Positions 1-10,258 of a DNA stretch of 64,000 nucleotides are shown piece by piece; position 1 is the stretch's first letter; each line of letters begins with the position of its first letter. A program made the translations under genes and the position numbers. Under the pieces are notes generated by a model. It was not told the origin of the DNA. It worked only from the letters and a program-made list of their open reading frames with translations, and did no database searches. Source of the DNA: Christensenella sp. (GTDB taxonomy: Bacteria > Bacillota > Clostridia > Christensenellales > Christensenellaceae); assembly GCA_034926635.1 (NCBI GenBank), contig JAYFQX010000005.1:70220-134219 (forward strand), written 5' to 3'.

Positions 1-79
1 AAGGGTTATGGCGAGCAGTATAACATAAAATAAGAAAGCGATTGGCCGACTCAGTGAAAAACTGAAATGGAGAAAAAAG

Positions 80-790
80 ATGTTAGCATATGTCGATACC
101 AAGAACAAATTATTGAAGTATATCAATCACGAGAATTTGAAGGCAGGGGATCAGTTACCCTCTGAAAATAAACTCTCGGAAATGCTAGGCATCAGCAGGC
201 TAACGCTCCGGGAGGCTGTAAACGCATTAAAAAATGAAGGAGTCGTCTATTCTGTACAGGGAAAAGGGACGTTTGTGGCGTGTAATACGGATCAGATTGC
301 CGATACGCTGAATAACAACCTAAGTGTGACAGAGATGATCGAATCTAGCGGTTATGAAGCGGGCGTAAAGTTTTTTAAAAAAGAACTTGTACGTGCAGAG
401 GCGGAAATTGCTGAAAGATTGGGCGTGAATGAGGGAGCCAACCTGATTATGTGCGCGAGGATCCGCACGGCGGACGGAAAGCCGGTCGTCTATTCCGAGG
501 ATTATCTGGCGCCAAGATTGGTGGAAGAATTTCTGGCGGTCACGGATGAAAACGTGTCGTTATATAAGTTTATTGAAAATCAAGCCGGAATTGAGATGGG
601 GCTCTCTATCGCAGAAATCGTACCAGTAAAAGCAGACAGTGAGCTCGCAAAAATGTTGGAAACAAAGCCGGATGACGTTTTACAAAAATTTATGATTACC
701 GTAAATGACGTCTATGGCACTCCGCTTGTGTATGCGCGTGAGTATATGCGCCCCGATTCTTTCAAATTTCTCATTCATAGATGGAGGTAA
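80..790 (+). CDS. GntR family transcriptional regulator (HutC/UTRA type)
   Basis: N-terminal wHTH (LPSENKLSEMLGISRLTLREA...QGKGTFV) followed by a UTRA-like effector domain; heads the sugar cluster. Confidence 0.92.
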   Translation: MLAYVDTKNKLLKYINHENLKAGDQLPSENKLSEMLGISRLTLREAVNALKNEGVVYSVQGKGTFVACNTDQIADTLNNNLSVTEMIESSGYEAGVKFFKKELVRAEAEIAERLGVNEGANLIMCARIRTADGKPVVYSEDYLAPRLVEEFLAVTDENVSLYKFIENQAGIEMGLSIAEIVPVKADSELAKMLETKPDDVLQKFMITVNDVYGTPLVYAREYMRPDSFKFLIHRWR

Positions 791-796
791 TATAAT

Positions 797-1858
797 TTGA
801 AAGCAGTCGTAAAGGTAGATTATGGCGAAGGAAAAATAGAGCTTCGCGATGTGCCGGTGCCGGAAATCGGTGACGACGATGTATTGATAGAAGTAAAAGC
901 GGCGGGTCTATGCGGGTCTGATCTTGCGTTCGCGCAGGGACACCACGCCGATATCTTAAGACCTCCGGTAATTTTGGGGCATGAATTTTCCGGCGTGATT
1001 GCAAAAGTCGGGAAAAATGTTACAAAATGGAAGGTTGGAGACCGTGTGGTATCAGACAACACCGGAAAGGTATGCGGAGAATGTTATGCCTGCTCAACGG
1101 CGGATTACCTTTCGTGCCCCGAACGTTTGGGGATCGGTTATGGAATGGACGGTGGATTTACAAAATATTGCAAAATATTAGGTGAGACGCTCAAGGTATT
1201 CCCGAATTCCCTGATGCGGATTCCGGAATGCATGACATTTGAGGAAGCAGCGATTCTCGATCCTGCCTGCAACGCGTATATGGCGGTCGTGCAGGAGGCA
1301 AAGCTGATGCCGGGCGAATATATTGCAGTATTCGGCGCAGGCGCACTGGGACAGTTCTCCGTGGAAGCGGCAAGAGCGGCAGGCGCGGCAAAGATTATTG
1401 TGATCGGGCTTTCACAGGATGCGCATCGGTTTGAGGTGGCAAAGCAGCATGGCGCGACGGATATCGTCGTATCGGACAAAGAAGACGCCATTGAGGCGGT
1501 AAACCGGATTACAAACGGCGAAGGCGTTGCGGTCGTAATTGATTGCGCAGGCGTTTCGGCAGTATTAAAGCAGGCAATCCAGATTGTGCGGACAAACGGA
1601 ACCATTATCAAAATCGGTTATGATGCGCGTCCGCTCGGATTTTCACTGGATGATATCATAGGAAAAGCAATCAATTTAAAAGGACATTTTGGATACGACT
1701 GGGTTTCGTGGCGGAATGTCATGAATTTGGTAGTAGCGGGAAAATTTACTCTCAACACCGCGATCACGCATAAAATGTCAATTTCACAATTCGATGAAGC
1801 GCTTACATTGTTGAAAAATCAGCAAGCGCTTAAGATTATCCTTTATCCTGAGGATTAA
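797..1858 (+). CDS. Zinc-dependent alcohol/polyol dehydrogenase (MDR), E. coli YdjL-like
   Basis: CGSD, GHEFSG, structural Zn CxxCxxC...C, GAGALG; RVVSDN and LDPACNAY segments recall YdjL; TTG start. Confidence 0.9.
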   Translation: MKAVVKVDYGEGKIELRDVPVPEIGDDDVLIEVKAAGLCGSDLAFAQGHHADILRPPVILGHEFSGVIAKVGKNVTKWKVGDRVVSDNTGKVCGECYACSTADYLSCPERLGIGYGMDGGFTKYCKILGETLKVFPNSLMRIPECMTFEEAAILDPACNAYMAVVQEAKLMPGEYIAVFGAGALGQFSVEAARAAGAAKIIVIGLSQDAHRFEVAKQHGATDIVVSDKEDAIEAVNRITNGEGVAVVIDCAGVSAVLKQAIQIVRTNGTIIKIGYDARPLGFSLDDIIGKAINLKGHFGYDWVSWRNVMNLVVAGKFTLNTAITHKMSISQFDEALTLLKNQQALKIILYPED

Positions 1859-1916
1859 TTAGTACGATAAAAAAATCAATTTATTAATTTTTATAAAAGG
1901 TTTGGAGGCGAGCTAC

Positions 1917-2960
1917 TTGGAAATATACATTTGCGCCGACTTCAGCCAGGATGGCATCGAGATGCTGCGGGTGGCAGGACATACTGTCCGCACCGGAGGC
2001 TGGGGCTTTGAAGAACATATCCTGACGGAAGAGCAACTGATCGAGCAAATCGGCAACGCCGACGTTTTGATTGTCGGTTATGAGGAAGTATCGAGGAAGG
2101 TGCTTGAGAATACGCACCTGAAGGCGATCTCCTCCATCCGTGGAGGTCCGCGCGCGAACATAGACGTGGACTATGCGACAGAACTGGGAATTCCGGTATT
2201 TTATACCTTTGGACGCGAAGCGATTCCGGTTGCAGATTTTACGCTGGGACAAATCCTTGCAGTAACAAGGAAAATCGCGCGTGCTGACCGTGAATTGCGG
2301 CGTGGCGTTTTTGCTGCACCGGATATGGACTACGGCAGTGACAAAGACGTTATTTGGGATATGACCCCGGAAGGACCGTGGCAAGCACGTAAAGGCATTG
2401 AAATGCAGGGTAAGACCATTGGGCTGATCGGTTTTGGTACGGTAGGCAAAGAGGTTGCAAAACGTGCAAAGAGCTTTGGCATGCAGGTCATTGTGTATGA
2501 TCCTTATCAGGATGCACAGCGTGTTGCGCAGGGTGGCGGTACAAAGGTTGAGATAGAACAGTTGTTGAAATCCGCGGATATTATTTCTTTCCATGCGAAA
2601 ATCACAGATAAAAATAAAGGCATGATCGGCGAACGCGAGTTCGGTATGATGAAAGACGGCGTTTATGTCGTGAACAACGCACGTGCGGGATTGATGGACG
2701 AACAGGCGCTGAGAAACGCATTGAAAAGCGGAAAGCTTGGCGGTCTGGCGCTGGATGTGTTCCACCAGGAGCCCATTAAGAGCAACGATGAATTCTTTAA
2801 TTATGACAACGTGGTCTTAACACCGCACATCGCGGGATCTGGCAGGGACGTTATCTATTTGCAGTCCGTCATGCTGGTAAATGATTTGATGCTGTATTTT
2901 GGAGGCGGGCGTCCGAAGCCTGTCGTGAATCCTGAAGTTTTTGACAAGATTGGAAGGTGA
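1917..2960 (+). CDS. D-isomer-specific 2-hydroxyacid dehydrogenase (SerA-like catalytic core)
   Basis: GFGTVG NAD motif, NNARAG, DVFHQEP, TPHIAG; start re-called to TTG 1917 behind GGAGG at 1904-1908. Confidence 0.88.
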   Translation: MEIYICADFSQDGIEMLRVAGHTVRTGGWGFEEHILTEEQLIEQIGNADVLIVGYEEVSRKVLENTHLKAISSIRGGPRANIDVDYATELGIPVFYTFGREAIPVADFTLGQILAVTRKIARADRELRRGVFAAPDMDYGSDKDVIWDMTPEGPWQARKGIEMQGKTIGLIGFGTVGKEVAKRAKSFGMQVIVYDPYQDAQRVAQGGGTKVEIEQLLKSADIISFHAKITDKNKGMIGEREFGMMKDGVYVVNNARAGLMDEQALRNALKSGKLGGLALDVFHQEPIKSNDEFFNYDNVVLTPHIAGSGRDVIYLQSVMLVNDLMLYFGGGRPKPVVNPEVFDKIGR

Positions 2961-2965
2961 AGGGA

Positions 2966-4030
2966 ATGCCTTTAGTAAAGACACTGGATCTATTAAGAGA
3001 TTGCGAAGATATGAAATATGCGGTAGGGGCGTTTAACATTAACGGTCTTGACCAGCCGCAGGCGTTGATCAAGCGTGCGCAGCAGCTCCGCTCCCCGATT
3101 TTGATGGTGGAGCCGGGGGTCATTGAAAAATATGTAAGTTTTGAAGATTTTGCGGATGTAACAGCGCGTGCAGCACGCGATGCGGACATTCCTGTGGGAA
3201 TCCATTTAAGCCATGGGCTGGATTTAGAACAGTTTGAACGCGCTTGCAAGGCGGGATTTACATCTGTTATGTATGACGGCTCCAAATTTTCTTATGAAGA
3301 AAACGTTGCCAATACAAGAATCGCGGTAGAAATCGGTCGTAAATACGGTTGTGCGGTGGAAGGCGAATTGGGAGCGCTCGGCAGCTCGTTTGCAAATGTA
3401 TCGGAGTCCATGACTGACCCGGCAATGGCGCGGGACTTTGTTGAGAAAACTGGCGTTGATATTCTTGCAGTTTCTATTGGCAATGCGCATGGATTTTATA
3501 AAGGAACACCGAGCCTTGATTTTAAACGGCTGGAAGAAATCCGCTATGCACTGATGGCTAAGGATTGCTTCTTGACGCTGCATGGCGGCACGGGAATTCC
3601 CGAAGACCATATCCGCCGCAGTATTGAGATGGGTATCGTAAAAATTTGTATCTACACGGAAATGTGCCATGTTGGAAAGGCTAACGCCATTAAGTATATT
3701 GAAGAACATCCGGAATATACGGGAAATTATGACGTGTGTGATTTGATCGCCTCAATTGATAATGGTTTTGCTGATGCGATGGAAGAATCCATGCGGATGT
3801 TTATGAGTATCGGCAAAGTGGGGCGTGGACAGGGAAACTTTCAGTCCATGGAACATCCTATGAGGGATATGAGTACGCAGGCAATGCCGGCGGGCGTAAA
3901 AGCAACGCAGGCTTCGGCGGCCCCCGCAGCAGTGGATACGGAAGTTCGCGATCCGGGTCCGGCATATCCGTCGCTTCCCGCGCAGAACCCGAATTACAGA
4001 CCTGCGGGCTTCTGGAATAAAAACGTTTGA
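2966..4030 (+). CDS. Class II fructose/tagatose-bisphosphate aldolase family protein, atypical (HLSH motif, 69-aa C-terminal tail)
   Basis: AVGAFNI, VEGELG, SIGNAHG, LHGGTG motifs; canonical HLDH reads HLSH. Confidence 0.85.
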   Translation: MPLVKTLDLLRDCEDMKYAVGAFNINGLDQPQALIKRAQQLRSPILMVEPGVIEKYVSFEDFADVTARAARDADIPVGIHLSHGLDLEQFERACKAGFTSVMYDGSKFSYEENVANTRIAVEIGRKYGCAVEGELGALGSSFANVSESMTDPAMARDFVEKTGVDILAVSIGNAHGFYKGTPSLDFKRLEEIRYALMAKDCFLTLHGGTGIPEDHIRRSIEMGIVKICIYTEMCHVGKANAIKYIEEHPEYTGNYDVCDLIASIDNGFADAMEESMRMFMSIGKVGRGQGNFQSMEHPMRDMSTQAMPAGVKATQASAAPAAVDTEVRDPGPAYPSLPAQNPNYRPAGFWNKNV

Positions 4031-4044
4031 GGAATCATACAGTA

Positions 4045-4070
4045 TGCGGGAGCGGTTTTGCGCTCCCGCA
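4045..4070. other. GC-rich intercistronic stem-loop without U-tract
   Basis: TGCGGGAGCG-GTTTTG-CGCTCCCGCA perfect 10-bp stem between aldolase and kinase genes. Confidence 0.7.
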
Positions 4071-4090
4071 AGGTAGGAGCGTAAAGCGAT

Positions 4091-5590
4091 ATGTTGTTGA
4101 TGGGCGTGGATATGGGAACTTCGGGCTGCAAAGCTGTGGTTTTCGACGAGCAATGGAAGATAGCAGCAAGCGCATACCGTGAATACGGGTTTACGCTTCC
4201 GGGTCAGGGGCTTTTAGAGCTGGATGCGGAAGCGGTATGGCAAGGAATTTGTGAAGTAATTGCGGAAGCCGGAAAAAAAGTCGATGGAAAAATAACGGCA
4301 CTTGCGGTTTCGGCCATCGGCGATGTCATTATACCGCTGGGAAGCGATGGGAAACAAACTCGATATTCGATCGTGGATTTTGACCCGCGCGGCAAGGCGG
4401 AGCTGGACAGGCAAATACAGGCATTTGGAAAAAAAAAGTTTTTCCAAATTACAGGGATGCCGCCGCTTTATCTCGGAAGCCTTGCCAAGATTTTATGGAT
4501 CAGGGAGCATGAGCCGCAGGCATTTGCCAAAACAACGCGCTATGCTACCTATGAGGATTTCATCGTAGAGCGGTTGGGAATCAAGCCTGCCGTCAGTTAC
4601 AGCGAAGCGGCGCGTACTATGTTATTTGATATTCGCAAAAAAGATTGGTCAGATGAGGTGCTTGCCATAGCGGGACTGAAACGGGAGATGCTGGCAACGC
4701 CGGTGGAATCGGGTATTAAGCTTGGGGTGATACCGGATAAAATATGCGGCGCTCTGGGACTGGAAAATGGCGTTTGCGTTGTAAGCGGCGGACATGATAT
4801 GGTGTGCGCGGCAGTGGGCGCAGGACTTAATGAAGACAAGCCGGAAACGGCGGTCGATATTGCGGGAACGATTGAAGGAATCGTAGCGACCATGAAAGAG
4901 CCGAATACTTCGGCTGAGATGCTGGAAAATAATTTTCCGTGCTATCCGTGTCATAAAGGATATGTAACCTTCAGCGTGAACGTGACGGCGGGCTGTATTG
5001 TCCGCTGGTACAGGAATTTTATCGCAAAAGATGAATATGAATCCTGTGAAGAAAAAAATATTAATTTTTATGAGTATATGCAGCGCGGAGTAAAAACAGA
5101 GGAGCCCGGGGAATTGATACTTCTGCCCCATTTTTCCGGGAGCGGCAATCCTTATTTTGATCCGTATGCAAAAGGAGCGCTTTACGGTATGACGCTGGAC
5201 ACCACGCGTGAGGATATCGCACGCGCGATGATCGAAGGGCTCTGTTATGAATTAAAATTTCATGCGCAGGCGTTTCAAAACGCAGGCATGGATATCCACA
5301 CAATCCGCGCGGTGGGCGGCGGCGCGATAATTGATAAACAACTGCAGTTAAAAGCGAATATCACGGGGCTTACTGTGATTAAAGGGGCGGTAAGCGAATC
5401 TTCCGCGATGGGCGCAGCGGCATATGCTGCGGTTGGTGTCAACCTGATTGAAAATCCGGCGCAGGCTTTTTCGGCTGTGCGGGAGCAGGAACGCGTGTTC
5501 CAGCCGGATACAACCATCTCAAATCGATTCTGTAATGCTTATGAAGAGTATCGGAAACTTTCAAAATTGATCCATGATTTTGAGCAATGA
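4091..5590 (+). CDS. FGGY family carbohydrate kinase (xylulokinase-like)
   Basis: GVDMGTSGCK, GGHD, LPHFSG, GGGA motifs. Confidence 0.92.
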   Translation: MLLMGVDMGTSGCKAVVFDEQWKIAASAYREYGFTLPGQGLLELDAEAVWQGICEVIAEAGKKVDGKITALAVSAIGDVIIPLGSDGKQTRYSIVDFDPRGKAELDRQIQAFGKKKFFQITGMPPLYLGSLAKILWIREHEPQAFAKTTRYATYEDFIVERLGIKPAVSYSEAARTMLFDIRKKDWSDEVLAIAGLKREMLATPVESGIKLGVIPDKICGALGLENGVCVVSGGHDMVCAAVGAGLNEDKPETAVDIAGTIEGIVATMKEPNTSAEMLENNFPCYPCHKGYVTFSVNVTAGCIVRWYRNFIAKDEYESCEEKNINFYEYMQRGVKTEEPGELILLPHFSGSGNPYFDPYAKGALYGMTLDTTREDIARAMIEGLCYELKFHAQAFQNAGMDIHTIRAVGGGAIIDKQLQLKANITGLTVIKGAVSESSAMGAAAYAAVGVNLIENPAQAFSAVREQERVFQPDTTISNRFCNAYEEYRKLSKLIHDFEQ

Positions 5591-5822
5591 AAAATAGGAA
5601 ACACAAGTAATTCAATGCTTTCCCTGGAAATCAAAGGGTTTCTGACAAGAGGGAAATGAACCTTCAATAACAGATAAAAAATAATGGTATTCATGTATGG
5701 AGAAACAAGAAAAATTCTCCTGAGGTTTTGTGTTCGCAAAATAGATATTTATGTATCAAAAAGCGATTTGTTTTATGATATTTCGAAGTTTGATGAATAA
5801 AAAATTCAAAGGAGGATCGGTC

Positions 5823-6317
5823 ATGAAAGAAATAACAATTGGTCAGGCTGCAAAGCTGACCTCACCGCATCTGTTTGCGGCAATCGTTACAAAAAACAGT
5901 GATGGAAAAGTGAATATTATGGGGGCGTCATGGCTCTCATTTGTATCCTTCCGTAATCAAAAAATGCTGTTTTGTACTTCCGCTTCCGGATATACGGGGG
6001 GCATTGTGAAAGAGACCGGAAAGGCAAGCTTGTGCTTTATTACGCAGGCCGCGGCAGAGCAGGTTTTTAAGTGCTGCAAGGTTAGCGGGCACAATACGGA
6101 TAAGATCAAGGAATTTGGGATCTCGTTGGTGCAACCCGAAGGGTTTGACGTGCCGGTACCCGAAGGATCCGGGGTTGCTTTCTCGTTGGAGTTAGACCAG
6201 GCGGTTTTGAGCGGCGACCATAACATTTATATCTGTTCGATCAAAAAAGTGGTTCAACTCAGTGATGAACCGATCTTAATGGCATTTGACGGCTATAGCC
6301 GTATTGGGACAATTTAA
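5823..6317 (+). CDS. Flavin reductase-like FMN-binding split-barrel protein
   Basis: VNIMGASW, CCKVSG..DK, GDH motifs; start re-called behind GGAGG at 5811. Confidence 0.85.
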   Translation: MKEITIGQAAKLTSPHLFAAIVTKNSDGKVNIMGASWLSFVSFRNQKMLFCTSASGYTGGIVKETGKASLCFITQAAAEQVFKCCKVSGHNTDKIKEFGISLVQPEGFDVPVPEGSGVAFSLELDQAVLSGDHNIYICSIKKVVQLSDEPILMAFDGYSRIGTI

Positions 6318-6349
6318 AAAAATGATAAAAGGAAAAGGAGGAGAGCAGC

Positions 6350-7846
6350 TTGGAAGAATATGTGCTTGAAATGAGCGATGTCGGCAAAACGTTTGCAGGC
6401 GTAAATGTATTGCGTGACATTAACCTAAAGCTGAAAAAAGGCGAAGTACATGTACTGCTTGGAGAAAACGGCGCGGGAAAATCAACGCTCATCAAGATTA
6501 TTTCCGGCTATCATAAGCAGGACAAAGGCGGAACGATCAAGGTAAACAGTAAAGAAGTGGATTTCAAACGCCCGAAAGACGCGATTGATGCCTCGATCCA
6601 TACGATTTATCAGGAATTAAGCTTATGTCCGTATATGACGGTTGCGGAAAACATCGTGATCGACAAACAGGATAGGTTTAACGGCGGAACATTGAAAAAT
6701 GCGGAATTTCGTAAAATTGCGGTAGACGCTCTGAAAAAATTGGGTCAAGACGAAATTAATCCTGATATGCTGGTACGTGATTTATCCATTGCCCAGCAGC
6801 AGGTAGTTGAAATTGCAAAAGCGATTTCTGCAAATGCACAGATCGTATTAATGGATGAACCGACGTCTTCTATTTCACAGAAAGATGCGGATAAACTGCT
6901 GCAAATCGTACGGAATCTGAGGGATAACGGCGTAACGGTGATCTATATTTCCCATAGGTTGCAGGAAATCGGACAGATCGCCGACAGGATCACTATCCTG
7001 CGCGATGGGAATCTTGTAAAGACCGTAGAGCAAAAAGACGTTACGGATAAAGATCTGATCAGTATGATGGTCGGCAGAGATATCACCAATACCTATCCAA
7101 AACGAGATGTAAAACTCGGAGATGTGGTGCTAAAGCTCGATAAGATTAAATGTGAAGGCGTTTTCGAAGAAGTTTCTTTAGAAGTCCGCAGCGGAGAGAT
7201 TTTTGGTATTGGCGGCATTGTTGGTGCGAAACGTACAGAAATTTTAGAAGCGATTTTCGGGCTACGCAAAATTACAAGTGGCAAGATGTATTTAAATGGG
7301 AAAGAATTCAATCCCAGAGGACCGCGTGATGCAATCAAAGATAAGATTGCGTTCGTAACAGAAGACAGAAAAAAATCCGGGTTGGTATTATGCCTCCCAA
7401 CCATGGAAAACATCAATATGGTCAATGCACAGCGAAAATCAAAATTTGGGTACATTGACTGGAAAGCCATGACAAAAGAAGCGTTAAAACAAAAAGAATT
7501 ACTGAACATCAAACTCAATAATATTAACCAGAAGGTATCTACGCTTTCCGGCGGCAATCAGCAAAAAGTTGTACTTGCAAAGTGGATGGATTTCGAACCG
7601 GCGGTGGTGCTCTTTGATGAGCCGACACGAGGTGTTGATATCGGTGCTAAAACTGAAATTTACAATATTATGGGGGATCTTGCAGAAAAAGGCGTAGCGA
7701 TTATTATGGTTTCTTCTGAATTGCCGGAATTGATTAGCGTAACGGACAAAATTATGGTTATGCGCGAAGGTGTCATGAAAGGCGTGATCGACAGGGACGA
7801 AGCGACGCAGGAACTGGTTATGGCCCTTGCAACGATGGAATCATAA
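6350..7846 (+). CDS. Sugar ABC transporter ATP-binding protein (RbsA/MglA type)
   Basis: GENGAGKS, MDEPT, LSGGNQQK, FDEPTRGVDIGAK; twin NBDs. Confidence 0.95.
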   Translation: MEEYVLEMSDVGKTFAGVNVLRDINLKLKKGEVHVLLGENGAGKSTLIKIISGYHKQDKGGTIKVNSKEVDFKRPKDAIDASIHTIYQELSLCPYMTVAENIVIDKQDRFNGGTLKNAEFRKIAVDALKKLGQDEINPDMLVRDLSIAQQQVVEIAKAISANAQIVLMDEPTSSISQKDADKLLQIVRNLRDNGVTVIYISHRLQEIGQIADRITILRDGNLVKTVEQKDVTDKDLISMMVGRDITNTYPKRDVKLGDVVLKLDKIKCEGVFEEVSLEVRSGEIFGIGGIVGAKRTEILEAIFGLRKITSGKMYLNGKEFNPRGPRDAIKDKIAFVTEDRKKSGLVLCLPTMENINMVNAQRKSKFGYIDWKAMTKEALKQKELLNIKLNNINQKVSTLSGGNQQKVVLAKWMDFEPAVVLFDEPTRGVDIGAKTEIYNIMGDLAEKGVAIIMVSSELPELISVTDKIMVMREGVMKGVIDRDEATQELVMALATMES

Positions 7847-7865
7847 AGATACAGGAGGAGACACA

Positions 7866-8879
7866 ATGGAAACATTAGAAAAAAATAGAAGCTTTAAAGG
7901 ATTTTTGATCAAGTATAAAACAGTCTTGATTTTAATCGCGATTATCGTAATTTTTACGATTATCAAACCGATCTTTGTTGCGCCGGTCAATCTCATGAAC
8001 ATGCTAAAACGCATGAGTTATGTTGCGCTGACAGGCTTCGGGATGACGTTCATCATTACGCTGGCAGGTCTTGATCTTTCGGTTGGATCGATTTGTGCGA
8101 TCGTTGGCGTAACGCTGGGCATGATGCTTGGAGCTGGCGTACCGCTGGTGCTGGCGATCATTATTACACTGGGCATTTCGCTGGGACTCGGCTTTATCAA
8201 TGGTTTTGTTTCTGTAAAAGGAAAAATTGAGCCATTCCTCGTAACGCTGGCAACTATGAATATTTATCGCGGTATTGCGCTTATCCTATCGGAAGGAAAG
8301 CCAATCCCGATTACGGCGGAGGGATTTGCTGATTTTTTCGGAAATGGGCTGGTTGCAGACTTTATTCCTACTCCGGTTATTATCATCGTCATTTTCTTTG
8401 TACTGACCTTATTCCTTTATAAACATACAAAATTTGGTTTTTATGTACGCGCAATCGGCGGAAATCCGGAAGCGGCACGTGTCGCTGGTATCAACGTAGG
8501 CGGGATTAAAATGATCGCTTATACGCTCAATGGTATCTATGCATGGATGTCGGGACTGATTTTGGCGGCGCTGATGAATTCAGGTTTACCGAATATCGGT
8601 ACTGATCTTGCGCTTGATGCAATCGCGGCTGTTGTTTTGGGAGGCACGATTATCGCCGGTGGTTATGGAACGGTCTGGGGGACCCTCGGCGGCGTATTGA
8701 TCATGGGTGCGCTCAACAGCGGCATGAGCCTTTTGGGTGCGCAAACGCCGGTAATCATCCTGGTAAAAGGTCTTGTAATCATTCTTGCCGTATTAATGCA
8801 GAATGTATTAAGCCCGGATTCTTTGAAGGCGAAGGCAGCTAAGAAAAAAGGTGGATCGCTAAAAACGGCTAAAGAGTGA
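7866..8879 (+). CDS. Sugar ABC transporter permease (RbsC type)
   Basis: GLDLSVGS, AIGGNPEAARVAG, AAVVLGGT motifs; multiple hydrophobic segments. Confidence 0.93.
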   Translation: METLEKNRSFKGFLIKYKTVLILIAIIVIFTIIKPIFVAPVNLMNMLKRMSYVALTGFGMTFIITLAGLDLSVGSICAIVGVTLGMMLGAGVPLVLAIIITLGISLGLGFINGFVSVKGKIEPFLVTLATMNIYRGIALILSEGKPIPITAEGFADFFGNGLVADFIPTPVIIIVIFFVLTLFLYKHTKFGFYVRAIGGNPEAARVAGINVGGIKMIAYTLNGIYAWMSGLILAALMNSGLPNIGTDLALDAIAAVVLGGTIIAGGYGTVWGTLGGVLIMGALNSGMSLLGAQTPVIILVKGLVIILAVLMQNVLSPDSLKAKAAKKKGGSLKTAKE

Positions 8880-8920
8880 CAGATTTTATGAACTGAAAAT
8901 AATAAAAGGAGTAACAAAGA

Positions 8921-10147
8921 ATGAAAAAAATGAAAAGAATGTCTCTGGTTGCGGTACTTTTGGTCATTTTGATATTAGTAACGGCATGCACTGGGACAAG
9001 CTCTACGGGGACAGATGCGGCGGCTTCAGAAGATACTGCGGAAGCTGCAGCATCTCAGGAAATAGGCACCACAGCTACTAAAGAGAATACTGAAGTTGCG
9101 TCATTTGAATACGTGAACCCCGCGGGAACAAAATCCGACATTAACAAGTATTACAATGACCTTGGGATTGACTGCAACGTAGATATCCGCTGTACGGGCG
9201 GTGATGTCAAAATCAAGGATGGCGCGATTGAAAAAATTCCAACGCCTAGCAAACAATATACCATCGGATTTTCGGATTACTATACGGTAGACGAGGTTGG
9301 GTCTATGTACCTGCAGTCTATGAAAGAAGCTGCTGAAGAAGTGGGAATCGAGCTTTTGATCAATGATGCAAACTACGACCAAAGCAAACAAGACCAGGCA
9401 ATCGAGCAGTGGATCCAGCAAGGCGTAGACGGCGTTATATTAACACCGTGCGACTTTACCGGCGTAAAAGCATCATTAGATGCCCTGGAAGCAGCCGGAA
9501 TTCCGGTGATCTCTTTGGATGCGCCCCCACAGGCAGGGAATGTAGATGCGATCGTTACTTACGATTGTATCGAGCAAGGTGAAATGGCAGGCGGTCTGCT
9601 GGAACAGGCACTGCTGGACAGCGGATCGGATATGAAAGGTAAAGTAGTCTATAACACGCTGCCGTTTGTACATCCCAATGCGGTAACACGTACCATTGGA
9701 TTTGAAAATGTATTTGATCAGTATCCTGATATCGAGCTGGTAGAGCTGACAGGCAATGCACCGGAAGATCATTACACCGCGTTTGAAGGTGCGATTCAGG
9801 CAAATCCGGATATGCTTGGCGCATGGGGGCTTTACAGCTCGGCGACCATTGGCATGATGAATGCAAAAATGGCTGCAAAACGTGATGACATCCTGCTGAC
9901 CTCTGTTGATAACGACAGACCGATCCTTGCGGGCATCGCCAATGGTGAAATTCTAGGGAGCGCATGCTATAGCGCAGTAGACGGTTCGAGGATCGCACTG
10001 AGCCAGATGATCAATCTTTTAGATGGCGCTGAAATTCCGGGAATCATCTATCAGGAAAACATTCTGGTTACAAAAGACAATGTTGAAGAAATGTTCCCGC
10101 ACTATTATCCGGGAAATACACTGGAAGGGTATTTAAGCGCACAATAA
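8921..10147 (+). CDS. Sugar ABC transporter substrate-binding lipoprotein, paralog 1
   Basis: Signal peptide with lipobox LVTAC, Ala/Ser/Thr tether, RbsB-like domain. Confidence 0.88.
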   Translation: MKKMKRMSLVAVLLVILILVTACTGTSSTGTDAAASEDTAEAAASQEIGTTATKENTEVASFEYVNPAGTKSDINKYYNDLGIDCNVDIRCTGGDVKIKDGAIEKIPTPSKQYTIGFSDYYTVDEVGSMYLQSMKEAAEEVGIELLINDANYDQSKQDQAIEQWIQQGVDGVILTPCDFTGVKASLDALEAAGIPVISLDAPPQAGNVDAIVTYDCIEQGEMAGGLLEQALLDSGSDMKGKVVYNTLPFVHPNAVTRTIGFENVFDQYPDIELVELTGNAPEDHYTAFEGAIQANPDMLGAWGLYSSATIGMMNAKMAAKRDDILLTSVDNDRPILAGIANGEILGSACYSAVDGSRIALSQMINLLDGAEIPGIIYQENILVTKDNVEEMFPHYYPGNTLEGYLSAQ

Positions 10148-10258
10148 AACATAACGACGGGAATCCCTTTGTTTGTGAAAATTCTATAAAAATGATGAAC
10201 ATGAATTTGGTTTGCTTTATGTAAAACCATAAAATAAAAAAATGAATGGAGGAAAAAA

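Noticed and set aside
3821-4030. Aldolase tail as an encapsulin or microcompartment targeting peptide
   Set aside because: No motif match and no shell genes in the window; kept only as an unexplained tail
4429-4437. A9 tract within the FGGY kinase gene (and T8 at 31633-31640) as phase-variation sites
   Set aside because: Both genes are in frame, and Lys-codon runs are common in this sequence
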